Shown: positions 10,207-21,027, counted from the stretch's first letter. The stretch is 64,000 nt of DNA from Bradymonadia bacterium (GCA_046290225.1 JBKAGE010000078.1:160001-224000), one strand, 5' to 3'. The notes: generated by a model not told the origin, from the letters alone. Program-made: numbers and translations.

Positions 10207-11298
10207 CTATTTCTTGAGAAAAGGCGGCTTGACCACTTCGCCCTCGGCCACCCGGTTGCGAATCTGCACGCGGATGGGCGTGCCGGAGCGGTGCTGGCCC
10301 TGGGGCACGTAGGCCATACCGATGTTGACCCCGAGGCTTGGCGAGCGGGTGCCTGACGTCACCTCGCCGATGGTCTGGCCCTCGGCATCGACCACTGGGT
10401 AGCCATGTCGTGCCGGCGGTCCGCCTGGCAATGTGAAGGCGATGAGCCGACGCTTCAACCCTTCGGCCTTCTGAGCCACGAGGGCCGCCTTGCCGATGAA
10501 GTCCCCGGCGCCGAGTGGGGTGCACCAGCCCAGCCCTGCCTCGAGGGGGCTGGTGCTCTCGTCGATGTCGTTGCCATAGAGGGCGTACTTCATCTCGAGA
10601 CGCAGCGTGTCACGGGCGCCGAGGCCTACAGGGGCCACCACCCCATCGCCGGCCTCGATGAGCGCCTTCCAGAGTCCAGGGGCAGCCTCAGGGGCCATGT
10701 ACAGCTCGAAACCATCCTCCCCAGTGTAGCCCGTGCGGCTGATGATCATCGGTACCCCAGCCACGCTGCCCTCAGCGGCCCAATAGCGGTCGATGCTCGA
10801 CAGATCGACCTCAGTGAGCGTCTGGAGCACCTCGGCGGCTTTGGGGCCCTGCAACGCAAGCTGGGCGTAGTTGTCGCCTACGTCGACAGCGGAGACCTGA
10901 TCATCGCCGATGTGGGCTTTGATCCAGGCGAAGTCTTTGTCGCGGTTGGCGGCGTTGCAGCAGATGAGCACGCGCTCAGCGCTCAGGCGGTAGACCACCA
11001 GGTCGTCCACCACGCCCCCTTCGGGCGTGCACATGCAAGTATAGAGGGCCTGGCCATCGGCGAGTTTGGTGAGATCGTTCCCGATCAGCCGATCGAGCGC
11101 CGGAATGGCCCGGGGGCCAGTGATCTCGATCTCTCCCATGTGGCTCACGTCGAAGAGGCCTGCTGCGGTGCGGGTGTGGCGGTGCTCCGCCTGAATGCCG
11201 GTGTACTGCACCGGCATTTCCCAGCCACCGAAGTCCACCATGCGAGCGCCAGCGGCCACGTGGGCTTCGTAGAGTGGGGTACGCTTGAGATCAGACAT
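10207..11298 (-). CDS. gcvT: Glycine cleavage system aminomethyltransferase T
   Basis: [50 protein letters not shown]. Confidence 0.97.
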   Translation of the reverse strand: MSDLKRTPLYEAHVAAGARMVDFGGWEMPVQYTGIQAEHRHTRTAAGLFDVSHMGEIEITGPRAIPALDRLIGNDLTKLADGQALYTCMCTPEGGVVDDLVVYRLSAERVLICCNAANRDKDFAWIKAHIGDDQVSAVDVGDNYAQLALQGPKAAEVLQTLTEVDLSSIDRYWAAEGSVAGVPMIISRTGYTGEDGFELYMAPEAAPGLWKALIEAGDGVVAPVGLGARDTLRLEMKYALYGNDIDESTSPLEAGLGWCTPLGAGDFIGKAALVAQKAEGLKRRLIAFTLPGGPPARHGYPVVDAEGQTIGEVTSGTRSPSLGVNIGMAYVPQGQHRSGTPIRVQIRNRVAEGEVVKPPFLKK

Positions 11299-12163
11299 GG
11301 TCACCTCCTCGGCGAGCCTCTGCGGCAATGCACACATTCATCATGAGCTGAGCGATGGTCATGGGCCCCACCCCACCAGGGACGGGGGTGATGGCGGAGG
11401 CCACCTCGGCGCACTCGGCGAAGGCCACGTCACCGACGAGCTTGCCCTCGTCGTTGCGGTTGATGCCCACGTCGATGACCACGGCGCCGGGCTTGATCCA
11501 GTCCCCCTTCACCATCTCCCGACGACCCACGGCGGCGACGACGATGTCGGCCTCGCGGACTCGCTCGGCGAGATCGACCGTGCGGCTGTGGCAAATGGTC
11601 ACTGTTGCATTGGCACCGAGCAGCAACAGCGCCATGGGTCGACCCACGATGACGCTGCGGCCGATGACCACGGCTCGTTTGCCCGAAAGATCCGTGCCCA
11701 GCTCTTTGAGCATGCGCATGCAGCCCGAAGGGGTACAGGGCACCAGCTTGGGATTCCCGGCGGCGAGGCGTCCGAGGTTGTCCGGATGGAAACCATCGAC
11801 ATCTTTCGCCGGGTCGACACGCTCCAACACACGCTGGGTATCTTCAGCGCTGATGCCCGATGGCAGGGGGAGCTGTACCAGGATGCCGTCGACCTCATCA
11901 TCTGCGTTGAGTGCATCCACCTGGGCGAGGACTTCTTCGGCGCTCACCGTGTCTGGCAGCCGGATCGTGCGGGCGTTGATGCCCACCTTCTCGGCGACAC
12001 GGCCTTTGTTGCGCACGTAGACCGCGCTCGCCGGATCGTCTCCGGCGAGGACTACAGCGAGACCAGGGGTGATGCCACGGGCCTTGAGGGCCTCGGCTCG
12101 GTCTTTCGCTTCGGCCCGAACCTGGGCGGCGATGACCTTGCCGGAGATGAGGGTCGCTGACAT
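11291..12163 (-). CDS. folD: Bifunctional methylenetetrahydrofolate dehydrogenase/cyclohydrolase
   Basis: [44 protein letters not shown]. Confidence 0.97.
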   Translation of the reverse strand: MSATLISGKVIAAQVRAEAKDRAEALKARGITPGLAVVLAGDDPASAVYVRNKGRVAEKVGINARTIRLPDTVSAEEVLAQVDALNADDEVDGILVQLPLPSGISAEDTQRVLERVDPAKDVDGFHPDNLGRLAAGNPKLVPCTPSGCMRMLKELGTDLSGKRAVVIGRSVIVGRPMALLLLGANATVTICHSRTVDLAERVREADIVVAAVGRREMVKGDWIKPGAVVIDVGINRNDEGKLVGDVAFAECAEVASAITPVPGGVGPMTIAQLMMNVCIAAEARRGGDHV

Positions 12164-12231
12164 AGGCACTCCAGAGGGTTCAGCCCGACCGTCGAGGTCG
12201 AGCAGAGTGCCAGAGCCACGCGCGTCGGGGA

Positions 12232-12819
12232 TCAGCTGATGGTGGAGAGATAAGTCTTCAGAGAGCCGGGGTCAACCTGAGTGAACCGTACGCCGAGGAG
12301 CAGGTTCTGATCTTTGTCCCGACGGACGTGCACCAGCTGGCAACGACCGTCCAGCGGAGGGGCGCCGTCGCCGGAGGTCACCAACAGGTTGAACTCCACC
12401 GGCAGGCTGCCGGCGGTGCTGTCGAGACCGCTGATCAGGGCACCGCCCATGGACAAGTTCACCACCTGGACAGCGGTGGTGATGGTGTTGTCCAGACCAC
12501 GGATCTCGCCGGTGAGGGTCACCGGGGTGCGGGGGAAAGCGCGGGCCTCGGGGCCACGGGCCACCTCGGGGGCGGGGGTGCGGTTGCGGCCCCGGGACGA
12601 CTTCTTGGTGGCCTGCTTCTCGTCGAACTCCGTGAGGAGATCGTGGGAGATGCCGTGCTCGTCCATGAACGCCTCGACACTCTCCCGGTAAATGCGACGC
12701 TCGTTGGAGCGCGGCAGCCGGAAGCCGTTCAACTTCTCTTCATCAAACCACTTGATGACGGTGTTGATGTTGACGCTGAAGATGCGCGCCACCTGACCTG
12801 TCGTGAATACCCTCTGCAT
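12232..12819 (-). CDS. Excisionase/MerR-like HTH fused to a PilZ domain
   Basis: N-terminal [23 protein letters not shown]...[13 protein letters not shown]-terminal RAFPR (RxxxR) and NLSMGG (NxSxxG). Confidence 0.8.
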   Translation of the reverse strand: MQRVFTTGQVARIFSVNINTVIKWFDEEKLNGFRLPRSNERRIYRESVEAFMDEHGISHDLLTEFDEKQATKKSSRGRNRTPAPEVARGPEARAFPRTPVTLTGEIRGLDNTITTAVQVVNLSMGGALISGLDSTAGSLPVEFNLLVTSGDGAPPLDGRCQLVHVRRDKDQNLLLGVRFTQVDPGSLKTYLSTIS

Positions 12820-12864
12820 GACTCTCTCCCCTTTGGAGGAAACACCCGCCTCCGACTGTGCTCC

Positions 12865-14205
12865 TCAGCCTTCCATGGCTGAATCGAGCGAGGCCCTTGA
12901 ATGCTCCGACAATTGTGGCTCCGCCGGGCGAGCCTCGTCGTAGTCTGGTTCCAGCTGCATGTATGCGCAGCGCCGGCAGAAAAACTCTGGGTTGATGAAC
13001 CGCTGCTCCCGAGCGCGAATGGCTGCGAGGCCTTCGTTGAGTCGCAGGAAGTTGTCGAGGGTGTAGAAGGCTTCTTCCCCCCGGTTCTTTCCTGTGACCT
13101 TCCAGAACAGCGAGTAGATGGGCACCACCCCCCTGGGGGTCAGGTACTCACCGCATTCCATGTTGCTCTCGTAGGCCTGCTCAGGGGTCTCGAAAGCCCC
13201 CTCGCCTTCAAGCTCGGCGCCACCGACCATGGCAGTCATGACGTCGTTGGGACCAAAGATCTCCGCCGCCTCGAGCAGCGAAGTGATCCACCGATCGCGA
13301 CCGATGAACTTGGCCTTGCCTGGGCACACGCGCTCGAACTGAGCTTTGTCCCAGACCTCCATGTTGTAGCAGGCTCCGCGTACCCCGAGATCCCTCAGGG
13401 TCTTCATGTGGGCCTTGGTGATGGCCCCTGATCCCAGGGCGATGTAGTAGCGCTCGTGGAGCCCCGCTGCGTTGAGCGTGCGGGCGATCTGAATGTAGCG
13501 CTCGCCCTCCTGCTCGATGTCGAGCACCGAGCCCCCCACCAGGTACAAGTGCCGGGCATGGGTCTCGGGGTGGCTGCAGGCCTCGGTGACCCGGTCGAGG
13601 GTCTCCTGAGGCAGCTCGGTCTTGCCGATGACCTGACCCAGGGGCTCGAGGCGCTGCTTGTCAGGCAACCCGTACAGGCAGAAAGTGCAGCTGAGATTCT
13701 CGGTTTTGCCCTTGCCCAGCGGATCCTTGCTCGCTGGGGCGAGGAAGTACTCGCACCCCGGCGCCACGTTGAGCACGAGCATGTCGCCGTGCTGGCTCAG
13801 GCCGGTGGAGCGCATGGGCACCCCGGAGGCCGTGAGGGCTTCGGTCCAAGCCCGCCGAGGCTCGAAACTCATGGGACACACCAGACGCTCCCCCTCCCAG
13901 AGGGTGAACATCGTCGGATCGCCTTCCACGGGGGTGATCCGGAAGGGTGAGTCCCGCTTGACGCGCATGCGGCAGTGGGTGGTGCCGTCGAGCACCATCA
14001 TGTACGGCACTGCCACCTTCATCTGCCCCTTGTAGGCCGGCTCGCCGGGGAGCAGCTGGTGAGGCATGTAGTTGGGGAAGGCCCACGATACAGCCTCGGG
14101 CAGGCAGGGGTGATACTGCACCCCAGCATAGAGCAAAGCGGCCTTCAGCCGCGCCATGGAGGGCGTGCTCGGGTACTTCTCTGCGAGTTGGTCGAGGTAT
14201 GTCAT
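12865..14205 (-). CDS. Radical SAM protein with expanded CX21CX2C motif
   Basis: C-EYFLAPASKDPLGKGKTENLS-C-TF-C at 13678-13755; LVGGS; NMEVWD...VCPGK; C-terminal CRRC. Confidence 0.8.
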   Translation of the reverse strand: MTYLDQLAEKYPSTPSMARLKAALLYAGVQYHPCLPEAVSWAFPNYMPHQLLPGEPAYKGQMKVAVPYMMVLDGTTHCRMRVKRDSPFRITPVEGDPTMFTLWEGERLVCPMSFEPRRAWTEALTASGVPMRSTGLSQHGDMLVLNVAPGCEYFLAPASKDPLGKGKTENLSCTFCLYGLPDKQRLEPLGQVIGKTELPQETLDRVTEACSHPETHARHLYLVGGSVLDIEQEGERYIQIARTLNAAGLHERYYIALGSGAITKAHMKTLRDLGVRGACYNMEVWDKAQFERVCPGKAKFIGRDRWITSLLEAAEIFGPNDVMTAMVGGAELEGEGAFETPEQAYESNMECGEYLTPRGVVPIYSLFWKVTGKNRGEEAFYTLDNFLRLNEGLAAIRAREQRFINPEFFCRRCAYMQLEPDYDEARPAEPQLSEHSRASLDSAMEG

Positions 14206-14377
14206 CACCTAGCCTCACATCGGTGCTCATCGAAAGAGCAGCACCGTACCAGAACACTTGCCTGCGGCGTCAGAATCTTGAATCGCCGCACACCTGCATG
14301 ACCTCAGATATGACTTCGTTTACTCCACCCTTCAAAAATCACCAAATAATCCAATGTTCAAGACGGGTGGTGAACAA

Positions 14378-14401
14378 CTGTGCCGAAACAGAATGGCACA
14401 G
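14378..14401. promoter_or_regulatory. Inverted repeat CTGTGCC-N10-GGCACAG, candidate regulator site
   Basis: Perfect 7-bp arms in an AT-rich intergenic region upstream of the radical SAM gene. Confidence 0.4.
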
Positions 14402-14473
14402 ATTGGGTCATCTGACGGTGACATCGGCGAACAGGGAGAAGCAAATTAAGAAAAAATGCTTCTACTGTGCTTT

Positions 14474-17400
14474 TCAATCTTTGCCAGAGGGCCAAATTCG
14501 CCGCAAATGCCCTCCGCTCCAGCGCCATGCTTCTAATATTGCAATCACCAACGCCAACAGCGCCAGGACACCCGACATCGGGGTGCCAGACCCAGCAGAG
14601 GCTCGAGTGACGGCCTCGAGAAGGGCCTGGGGCTCTCGAACGACCCGGCCGCCGGTGATCTCTGCTTGAAGAGCCAGGGCCTCGCTGTCCACACCCACGG
14701 TCATCTGCTCTGTGGAAGGCGGACGCGTGAGGCTGGCGCTCAGACCGCCTGTGGAGAGCGGCACATACACATCGAGGATCTCGACGGGGCCTTCTGGAAG
14801 GGAAAGGCTGGCGTGCCCCGGCGCCACGAGATGCCACGGCATCTCCACCGTGACGCCTCGAGGATCAGTGATGTGGGCCCGGAGAGGCAACGGCTGCTCT
14901 GGAGCGTACCGCATGGTCATTCGGCCGTCGGGCGTGATGCGGAGCACGCCGAGCTCGGCCTTCGGCGCCAGCGCAGGCCCGAGCAGGCCCGCCCACAGCG
15001 CAGCTGGGGCTTGCCAGGTGTCGGTGGCGACGGCGATCACGCGCCCTGCCCCCCACGGCCGCTCGGCGATGAAGGGATCTCCCCCACTCCGGGCGAGCAA
15101 CCGCGCCCCTGCGGCGAGCCCCACCCTCACCCGCTCGGCCACCGGCGGCGCGGTGACCCCCACACGGGCCGGCCAGGAGCCCGTAACGCTCACAGAACCC
15201 CCTGGCACAACCAGCTCACCTCGGGCCACCTCGAGCAAGCCCTCGGTGATGAGCCGGGGCAGCGACTCGCCCTGGCCCTCGATGATGCGTCCGCCGGTGA
15301 TGCGGGCGAGGCCTGCGAGCGGCTCTCGCTCAGGCTGCTCGCCCACCAGGATCGCCATGACCTGAGTGCGGGAGCGTTTCAGCCGTGGAGGGATGGTGGG
15401 CTCGCCCTCGTCGATGAAGCGCCCATCGGTGATCGTGAGGATGATCCGCCGGTCGACATCTACCGTCTCGAGGAGGCCAGCGGCGGTGATCAGGGCGGGG
15501 CCGATGGTGGTGCCGCCTTTGATCACTGCGGGCGTCTCCAGATCCTCTGGGTTGACCTGCCGGGCGGGTGTGGGGCTGAGCAACACGTCAGCGTCGGTGC
15601 CAAAAGCCACCACGGCGAGCTGATCATCAGGACCCTTCAAGCCGCGGGCGAGGCTGCCTGTCAAACGGGCGATGCCCTCAGCTCCGATGCCACCAGCCTC
15701 TTTGGACATGCTGCCGCTGCGATCCAGCAACACGGCGACCCCCAAGCGACTTGGCCGTTCCGGCTCGGGATCAGCAGTGAGAGGCGACAACACTTCGATG
15801 GGCGCTCCGGTCCATCCTCCGGGGCCGAAGGCCTTGTTTCGCCCCGCGAGAAGTAGAACCCCGCCGCCATCGACCCAGTCCGCGAGGGCCGCCACCGCAG
15901 AGGCGGGCAACGCCTCGATGTGCTGATCGTGCACTGCGACGACGGTGGCCTGTCTCAGCACCTCGGGTGTTTCCCGCAGGCCCTCGATGGGCAACTGCCG
16001 GGTGGTCAACCCGGCCCCCTCCAACCAGGGCACGGCCCCTGGGCCGATGGCCAGGGCGAGAGGGGCATCGGCTTCCACGGCCAGCGGCCACTGATCATTG
16101 ACGGGCCAGACATCCCCCGGCACCTCGATGCGCACTGTCAGGCGCGCCCGCTGATCTGCGGGATGAGGTACTGAGAGACGCGTGGTACGCACATCTCCGG
16201 CCTGCAGCTCGAGGGGGTGCTCCACCGGCTCAGCCCCCTCGAGCTGCACGATGAGCGCAGCAGCAGAGGCGACATTGGACCGCACCTGAGCACGCACGAT
16301 GAGGCGCCCTCCGAGCCGTCGTGCCTCTGCGGAGATGATGCCGCCATCTGGACCCTCGACCCCCACGGGCACCGGGAACACGGGCACCCCTGGGGTGACA
16401 GGGCCATCCTCCGCACGCCCGTCGGTGACCAGCACGACGGCGCCGCCGGAGAGGGCATCCAGAGCACCCTCGACCAGAGGGCCATGGCGCGTGGCGCCAC
16501 TGGGTGAGCCTTGAAGCGGTGCGCCTGGCGGACCAGCACGTCGCACCCGCTCTCCCCCCTCGACGCGGAGCGTCACATCGCCGCCGATGGCCTGTTCCAC
16601 CATGGCCACTACATTGCTCAAGGCCACCTCGGGCATGGAGGCAGAGGTGTCGACGGCGAGCACCACACCACCCTGGTCTCCTACCCGCCACTGGGGCCCC
16701 GTGAGCGCCACGATCACAATGCCGAGGGACAACCACGGCCAGGGTGCTCGCCATCGCCTGCTCAACCCCAGAGTCGCCAGCAGCGCCACGAGCGCCACCA
16801 CCAGAGGTACGGTGTGCCGAGGCTGCCCCGCTTTGATTGGGGCAGTGATGGCATCGCTCGGGGCCTCAGGGGCCCCGGAATCTGCGGAGCCCACTTCGGG
16901 CACCACGGCGATCCACGCGGTCTGGTCACCAGACTCGAGGGTGTAATGCCCCAACACGTCCAGGCCATCGAGCCGCGCCACGAGGTGGCCAGTCTCCGGA
17001 TGAGGCGCAGGCATGACGACGCGCTGGTGGCCCCCAGGCGTGGTGAGCCGAATCTCTCCTTCGGCGAGGACCATCAGCGGCTGGCCGGCTCGATGCGTCC
17101 GACACCGACCGCGGCGTGCCCGATCTGCCTGCAGCCGCTCTGCAAAAAAAGCAGGCCAGGCAGGACTCTCGATCAGCTCGGCATCCTCCATCGAGAAAGC
17201 GAGGCGCAGGCGCTGCCCGGCCCGGCCTCGTGTCAGATCGGCAATCACGGCCTCACCGGCGAACATCATCGGCTCGCCCGCCTCGGGGAGGGTCTGCCAC
17301 CGCGCCAGAGAGACACCAGGAATCGGCAAGTCACCCACGAGCCTCACGGGCCCTGGACCCTGGTCGAAGCGGGTCGTGGACTCAGGCCACTCGATCCACG

Positions 17401-18268
17401 TGATCTGGGGCAGGAAGGGCGCCCAAATGCCCTCAGGCAACGGCTCGTTCGCCGGTGCGGGCCCGGGTCGCCACTGGCTCTCTTCCAGTGGACCTCGGCG
17501 CACGTGTGGCAGCACAGGCCACAGCTGGGCAAGGGCCTCAGGCCACAGCCCCTCGGAGACGACGAGCGGCGCGGAATCTGGCAGGCAGATCGGGTAGCCG
17601 TCGTCTCCCTCGTACTCCTCTGCGACGATATGGGCCGGGCCAGCGGGCAGCGGACCAGCAAGGCGCCACCCCGCCCCAGCGCGACCCAAGGGGGCCTCTT
17701 TGCGAGCGCCAGCCTCTCGCCACCTCAAGATCGGGGTCACCCCCGAGGCCACCTGAGCCTCGACGATGACGCGGGACCCGGCCAGCACGGCACCGGCCCC
17801 CTCCACGAGGGGGGCGAAGTCACCGCGATCATCGAGATAGATCAGGCGACCCTCCGGGCTCAGGCGGCGGCCCATCACCAGCGCGGCCCCCCACTGTGGA
17901 GATGCCACGACGGGCTCTACCCCCTCAGGCTCGGAGACTTCGGACGGCGTGGAGCCTGCCCGGATGACCACCACAGGCGTCGACCACTGTGGATCAGGCG
18001 TGAAGGGCCCCGCGGTGAGCACCAGCGTGCCCCCTGAGGGCGGTGACACAAATCCGACAGCGGCGATGATCAAGGCGAGCGCGGCCACCGCGCGGGCGCA
18101 CAACAGCCAGGGGGCCCTCAACGTCCGTCGCCCACGGTCGCCCTTGACGAAGTGCAGCAACAGAAAGAAAGCGCTGTAGGGCTGATCTCCGCTGGGACGG
18201 GCCCCGCGGTGCAGCAGCCAGAGCACGGGCAACGCCACCAGCGCCAGAAGAGCCCAGGGCAGACTCAC
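14474..18268 (-). CDS. Membrane protein with BatA-like N-terminus and two VWA domains
   Basis: LPVLWLLH...PYSAFFLL...LLCARAVA BatA-like start; MIDAS motifs VDTSASM and LDRSGSM; VTDG/ITDG; C-terminal TM. Confidence 0.75.
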   Translation of the reverse strand: MSLPWALLALVALPVLWLLHRGARPSGDQPYSAFFLLLHFVKGDRGRRTLRAPWLLCARAVAALALIIAAVGFVSPPSGGTLVLTAGPFTPDPQWSTPVVVIRAGSTPSEVSEPEGVEPVVASPQWGAALVMGRRLSPEGRLIYLDDRGDFAPLVEGAGAVLAGSRVIVEAQVASGVTPILRWREAGARKEAPLGRAGAGWRLAGPLPAGPAHIVAEEYEGDDGYPICLPDSAPLVVSEGLWPEALAQLWPVLPHVRRGPLEESQWRPGPAPANEPLPEGIWAPFLPQITWIEWPESTTRFDQGPGPVRLVGDLPIPGVSLARWQTLPEAGEPMMFAGEAVIADLTRGRAGQRLRLAFSMEDAELIESPAWPAFFAERLQADRARRGRCRTHRAGQPLMVLAEGEIRLTTPGGHQRVVMPAPHPETGHLVARLDGLDVLGHYTLESGDQTAWIAVVPEVGSADSGAPEAPSDAITAPIKAGQPRHTVPLVVALVALLATLGLSRRWRAPWPWLSLGIVIVALTGPQWRVGDQGGVVLAVDTSASMPEVALSNVVAMVEQAIGGDVTLRVEGGERVRRAGPPGAPLQGSPSGATRHGPLVEGALDALSGGAVVLVTDGRAEDGPVTPGVPVFPVPVGVEGPDGGIISAEARRLGGRLIVRAQVRSNVASAAALIVQLEGAEPVEHPLELQAGDVRTTRLSVPHPADQRARLTVRIEVPGDVWPVNDQWPLAVEADAPLALAIGPGAVPWLEGAGLTTRQLPIEGLRETPEVLRQATVVAVHDQHIEALPASAVAALADWVDGGGVLLLAGRNKAFGPGGWTGAPIEVLSPLTADPEPERPSRLGVAVLLDRSGSMSKEAGGIGAEGIARLTGSLARGLKGPDDQLAVVAFGTDADVLLSPTPARQVNPEDLETPAVIKGGTTIGPALITAAGLLETVDVDRRIILTITDGRFIDEGEPTIPPRLKRSRTQVMAILVGEQPEREPLAGLARITGGRIIEGQGESLPRLITEGLLEVARGELVVPGGSVSVTGSWPARVGVTAPPVAERVRVGLAAGARLLARSGGDPFIAERPWGAGRVIAVATDTWQAPAALWAGLLGPALAPKAELGVLRITPDGRMTMRYAPEQPLPLRAHITDPRGVTVEMPWHLVAPGHASLSLPEGPVEILDVYVPLSTGGLSASLTRPPSTEQMTVGVDSEALALQAEITGGRVVREPQALLEAVTRASAGSGTPMSGVLALLALVIAILEAWRWSGGHLRRIWPSGKD

Positions 18269-19131
18269 GACGACAACGCCCGAAAGAGCTGAGTGAGGAT
18301 CTGCGGAAGCGGGGTGTCGGTGGAGACGTCGACGAGCGGTAGACCCCGCTGACGGGCGGCCTGTTCGAGGCGCTCGCGGTGGGCCTGCACGAGGCCTGCG
18401 GCGTTGATCCGGCGCTGGCCGTCGGGCACCACCACATGGCCCTCCCCTTCGGGGTCAAAGAACGCCACCCCTTCTGGCAACTCGAACTCCCCAGGCGCCG
18501 AGACCCGGCAAAGATCCACCCGCCAGCCCGTGCGTGTCAGGGCATCGATGACCGCCTCCGGACCCCGAGGGTCGAGGAAATCGCTGATGATCAAAGCGTC
18601 GCCTCTCACATGGCCCGTGGGCAACTGGCCGAGGGCGGCGGTGAGATCTGTCTGCCCTGAGGGCTGCTGCCCACCGAGAAACTCGAAGACGCGAGGGGCA
18701 AAGTCGAGGCCTCCGGTGAAGGGCAACGCTTCGAGTCGAGCGCCACGGGCCACGCCGATGAGCAACGGGTGCAGCTCGCTCAACCCTGCATAGGCCACAG
18801 CGGCGGCGATGGCCCGGGCGATCTGCCATTTGCTCGGCGCACCCACCTGCATGGATCCCGAGCCATCCAAGAGCACAGCGAGGGCCCCTGCTCCCTCGTC
18901 GACAAAGGTGCGGACATAGAAGCCCCGGGTGCGGGCATAGGTGGGCCAGTCGAGGTGCCGCAGATCCATGCCTGGGACATATTCGGTGAAGCCCTCGAAG
19001 TCGAGGCCCGCCGCGGCCCCACCTGGGAGTGGTCGACCGTGGACCGGAAACCCGCCCCCCTGTCTGATCCAGAGCGCCAGCCGGCTCATCAGAGCCAACA
19101 GTTGGGGATCAGGGAACGCCCCTCGGGCCAC
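18265..19131 (-). CDS. DUF58 family protein
   Basis: GLDFEGFTEYVPGMDLRHLDW..YAR, LLDGSGSM, IISDFLD; follows MoxR. Confidence 0.9.
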   Translation of the reverse strand: MARGAFPDPQLLALMSRLALWIRQGGGFPVHGRPLPGGAAAGLDFEGFTEYVPGMDLRHLDWPTYARTRGFYVRTFVDEGAGALAVLLDGSGSMQVGAPSKWQIARAIAAAVAYAGLSELHPLLIGVARGARLEALPFTGGLDFAPRVFEFLGGQQPSGQTDLTAALGQLPTGHVRGDALIISDFLDPRGPEAVIDALTRTGWRVDLCRVSAPGEFELPEGVAFFDPEGEGHVVVPDGQRRINAAGLVQAHRERLEQAARQRGLPLVDVSTDTPLPQILTQLFRALSS

Positions 19132-19132
19132 C

Positions 19133-20116
19133 TCAGAGGGCTCCCAGAACAGACTTCACCACATCGTCACCGGTGATGCCCTCCGCCCGGGCGGCGAAGT
19201 TGAGCAATACGCGGTGGCGAAGCACGGGCAGCGCACTGGCGACGACGTCTTCTCGAGAGACGTGCAGTCGACCGGCACAGGCAGCACGGGCACGGGCCAC
19301 GGCGAGCAGTGCCTGAGCCCCTCGGGGGCTGGCCCCCAACTGAACATAGGACTGCCAGTTGGGCGGCAGGCTCTCCGGACGGGTTTTGCAGATGATGTCC
19401 ACGATGAGGCGCTTCACCTCGTCGGCGACGGGCACACGGGCCACATGGGCCATGAACCGCAGCAGCTCGTCCACGGTCATCACCGGGGTCATCGCCGCCA
19501 AGCCCTCTGCAGGGCGCACGTCGAGAATATCCATCAGATCGTCAGCAGAAGGCGGCTCCACGAGCAGCTTCATCACAAAACGATCTGCCTGTGCCTCCGG
19601 CAGCGGGTAGGTGCCGTCCATGTCCACAGGGTTTTCTGTCGCCATCACGAAGAAGGGCGGCCCGAGGGGACGCGTCTCACCGCCGTAGGTGACCTGCCGC
19701 TCCGCCATGGCTTCGAGCAGGGCGCTCTGGGTCCGTGGGTTGGCGCGGTTGATCTCGTCGGCGAGGACGAGCTGGGCGAAGATGGGCCCGGGCTTGAAGG
19801 TGATGGAGGGGCCCTCGGGGCCCTCGATGAGGCTCTGAGTGCCCAGGATGTCGGCAGGGAGCAGGTCGGGGGTGAACTGAATCCGGGACACCGACAGCTC
19901 GAGGGCCCGACCAAGGGCCTTGATCAGGAGCGTTTTGCCCAGCCCGGGCACCCCCTCGAGGAGCACGTGCCCCCCAGCGAGCAGGCCGTAGATCAGCCCG
20001 TCCTGGATCGCACGTTGGCCCACGATGACCTTCGACAATGCGCCCCGGAGCGACAGCACAGCCTCTCTGAGGGCCCCAGCGGTCTGCTCCACGTCTTCTG
20101 GTGACAGCTGGGTCAC
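19133..20116 (-). CDS. MoxR-family AAA+ ATPase
   Basis: GHVLLEGVPGLGKT, RIQFTPDLLPADI, LADEINRA, GTYPLPEAQADRF, GASPRG. Confidence 0.95.
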   Translation of the reverse strand: MTQLSPEDVEQTAGALREAVLSLRGALSKVIVGQRAIQDGLIYGLLAGGHVLLEGVPGLGKTLLIKALGRALELSVSRIQFTPDLLPADILGTQSLIEGPEGPSITFKPGPIFAQLVLADEINRANPRTQSALLEAMAERQVTYGGETRPLGPPFFVMATENPVDMDGTYPLPEAQADRFVMKLLVEPPSADDLMDILDVRPAEGLAAMTPVMTVDELLRFMAHVARVPVADEVKRLIVDIICKTRPESLPPNWQSYVQLGASPRGAQALLAVARARAACAGRLHVSREDVVASALPVLRHRVLLNFAARAEGITGDDVVKSVLGAL

Positions 20117-21027
20117 TTCTTCTCCTTCACCTCGAGCCACGCCCGAATCACCGCGTGGTGACGCGCTGGCCACCGCCCCACGGTGGCGGGCAAGCCCTCC
20201 GTGTCTCCTGCAGTGGCCCACGCCTGACGGGCCTGTGCATCATCTTGTGGGAGCGGCCTGAGCTCAATGTCGAAGGCCTCGCCGTACACCGCCCCCACAC
20301 GACGTCGGCCTGGACCACCCGCACCCAACCGGCCCGCACGGCCCCCGACGCCGGCGGCCTGGCCACGGACGATCTTGCCACTAGGCTCGGCGCCCATGCC
20401 CGCGTCAGCGCCACCGGCGAGTCCAGCATCCGGGCGCTCGTCTATCCTGGGGCGCTCGACGCCCGCCTCAGGCTTCTTGCTGGTCTCGATTTGAGACGCA
20501 GTGCCACCTGTGGGCCCAGTCGCCACGCTGTCTGCCTGACCCACGTCTTTGGCGACGCCGGCCAGATCAGCATCGACAGCCTCACGGGTTCCATTGGGGA
20601 TCCCATCCCCTGACGCCCACACCGGCAAGAGACACAGCGCCGCCGGGAAAGCCCAGGCCCAATGTGGCCGCGGGCACACGTCAGTGGCCATCTCCGGGCG
20701 TAGCTTGCTCGCGATCTGACGACGCTGAGCCACCTCGAAAGGTCCGGGCTCTTCTCGGCGATCCCACGCACAGACGAGGCCTTGCTGCATGCCCAGAGCG
20801 GCGTCTGCTCGAGCCATCAGCACCCCATGAGAGCACCGGCGGGTCATCACCCAGCCCACGAGCACACCGCCCCCACCGAGGAGAGCCCAGGGCCACCCTG
20901 AGAAGACAGCCACGACGGCGCCGATGCCCAGCGCGGGGCCGAGGCCCTGGAGCGCGGACATCGCCAACGCACGACGCGCGAGGATGTCGCCGAAGCGCTC
21001 CAACTGATCAGTGGACGTGTCGGTCAC
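20113..21027 (-). CDS. Hypothetical membrane protein of the MoxR operon
   Basis: N-terminal TM helices, Gly-rich linker, C-terminal WPARHHAVIRAWL; GTGA overlaps at both ends. Confidence 0.6.
   Translation of the reverse strand: MTDTSTDQLERFGDILARRALAMSALQGLGPALGIGAVVAVFSGWPWALLGGGGVLVGWVMTRRCSHGVLMARADAALGMQQGLVCAWDRREEPGPFEVAQRRQIASKLRPEMATDVCPRPHWAWAFPAALCLLPVWASGDGIPNGTREAVDADLAGVAKDVGQADSVATGPTGGTASQIETSKKPEAGVERPRIDERPDAGLAGGADAGMGAEPSGKIVRGQAAGVGGRAGRLGAGGPGRRRVGAVYGEAFDIELRPLPQDDAQARQAWATAGDTEGLPATVGRWPARHHAVIRAWLEVKEKK

Noticed and set aside
12232..12819. Excisionase marking an integrated element
   Set aside because: The HTH is fused to PilZ; no integrase, att-like repeats or tRNA nearby
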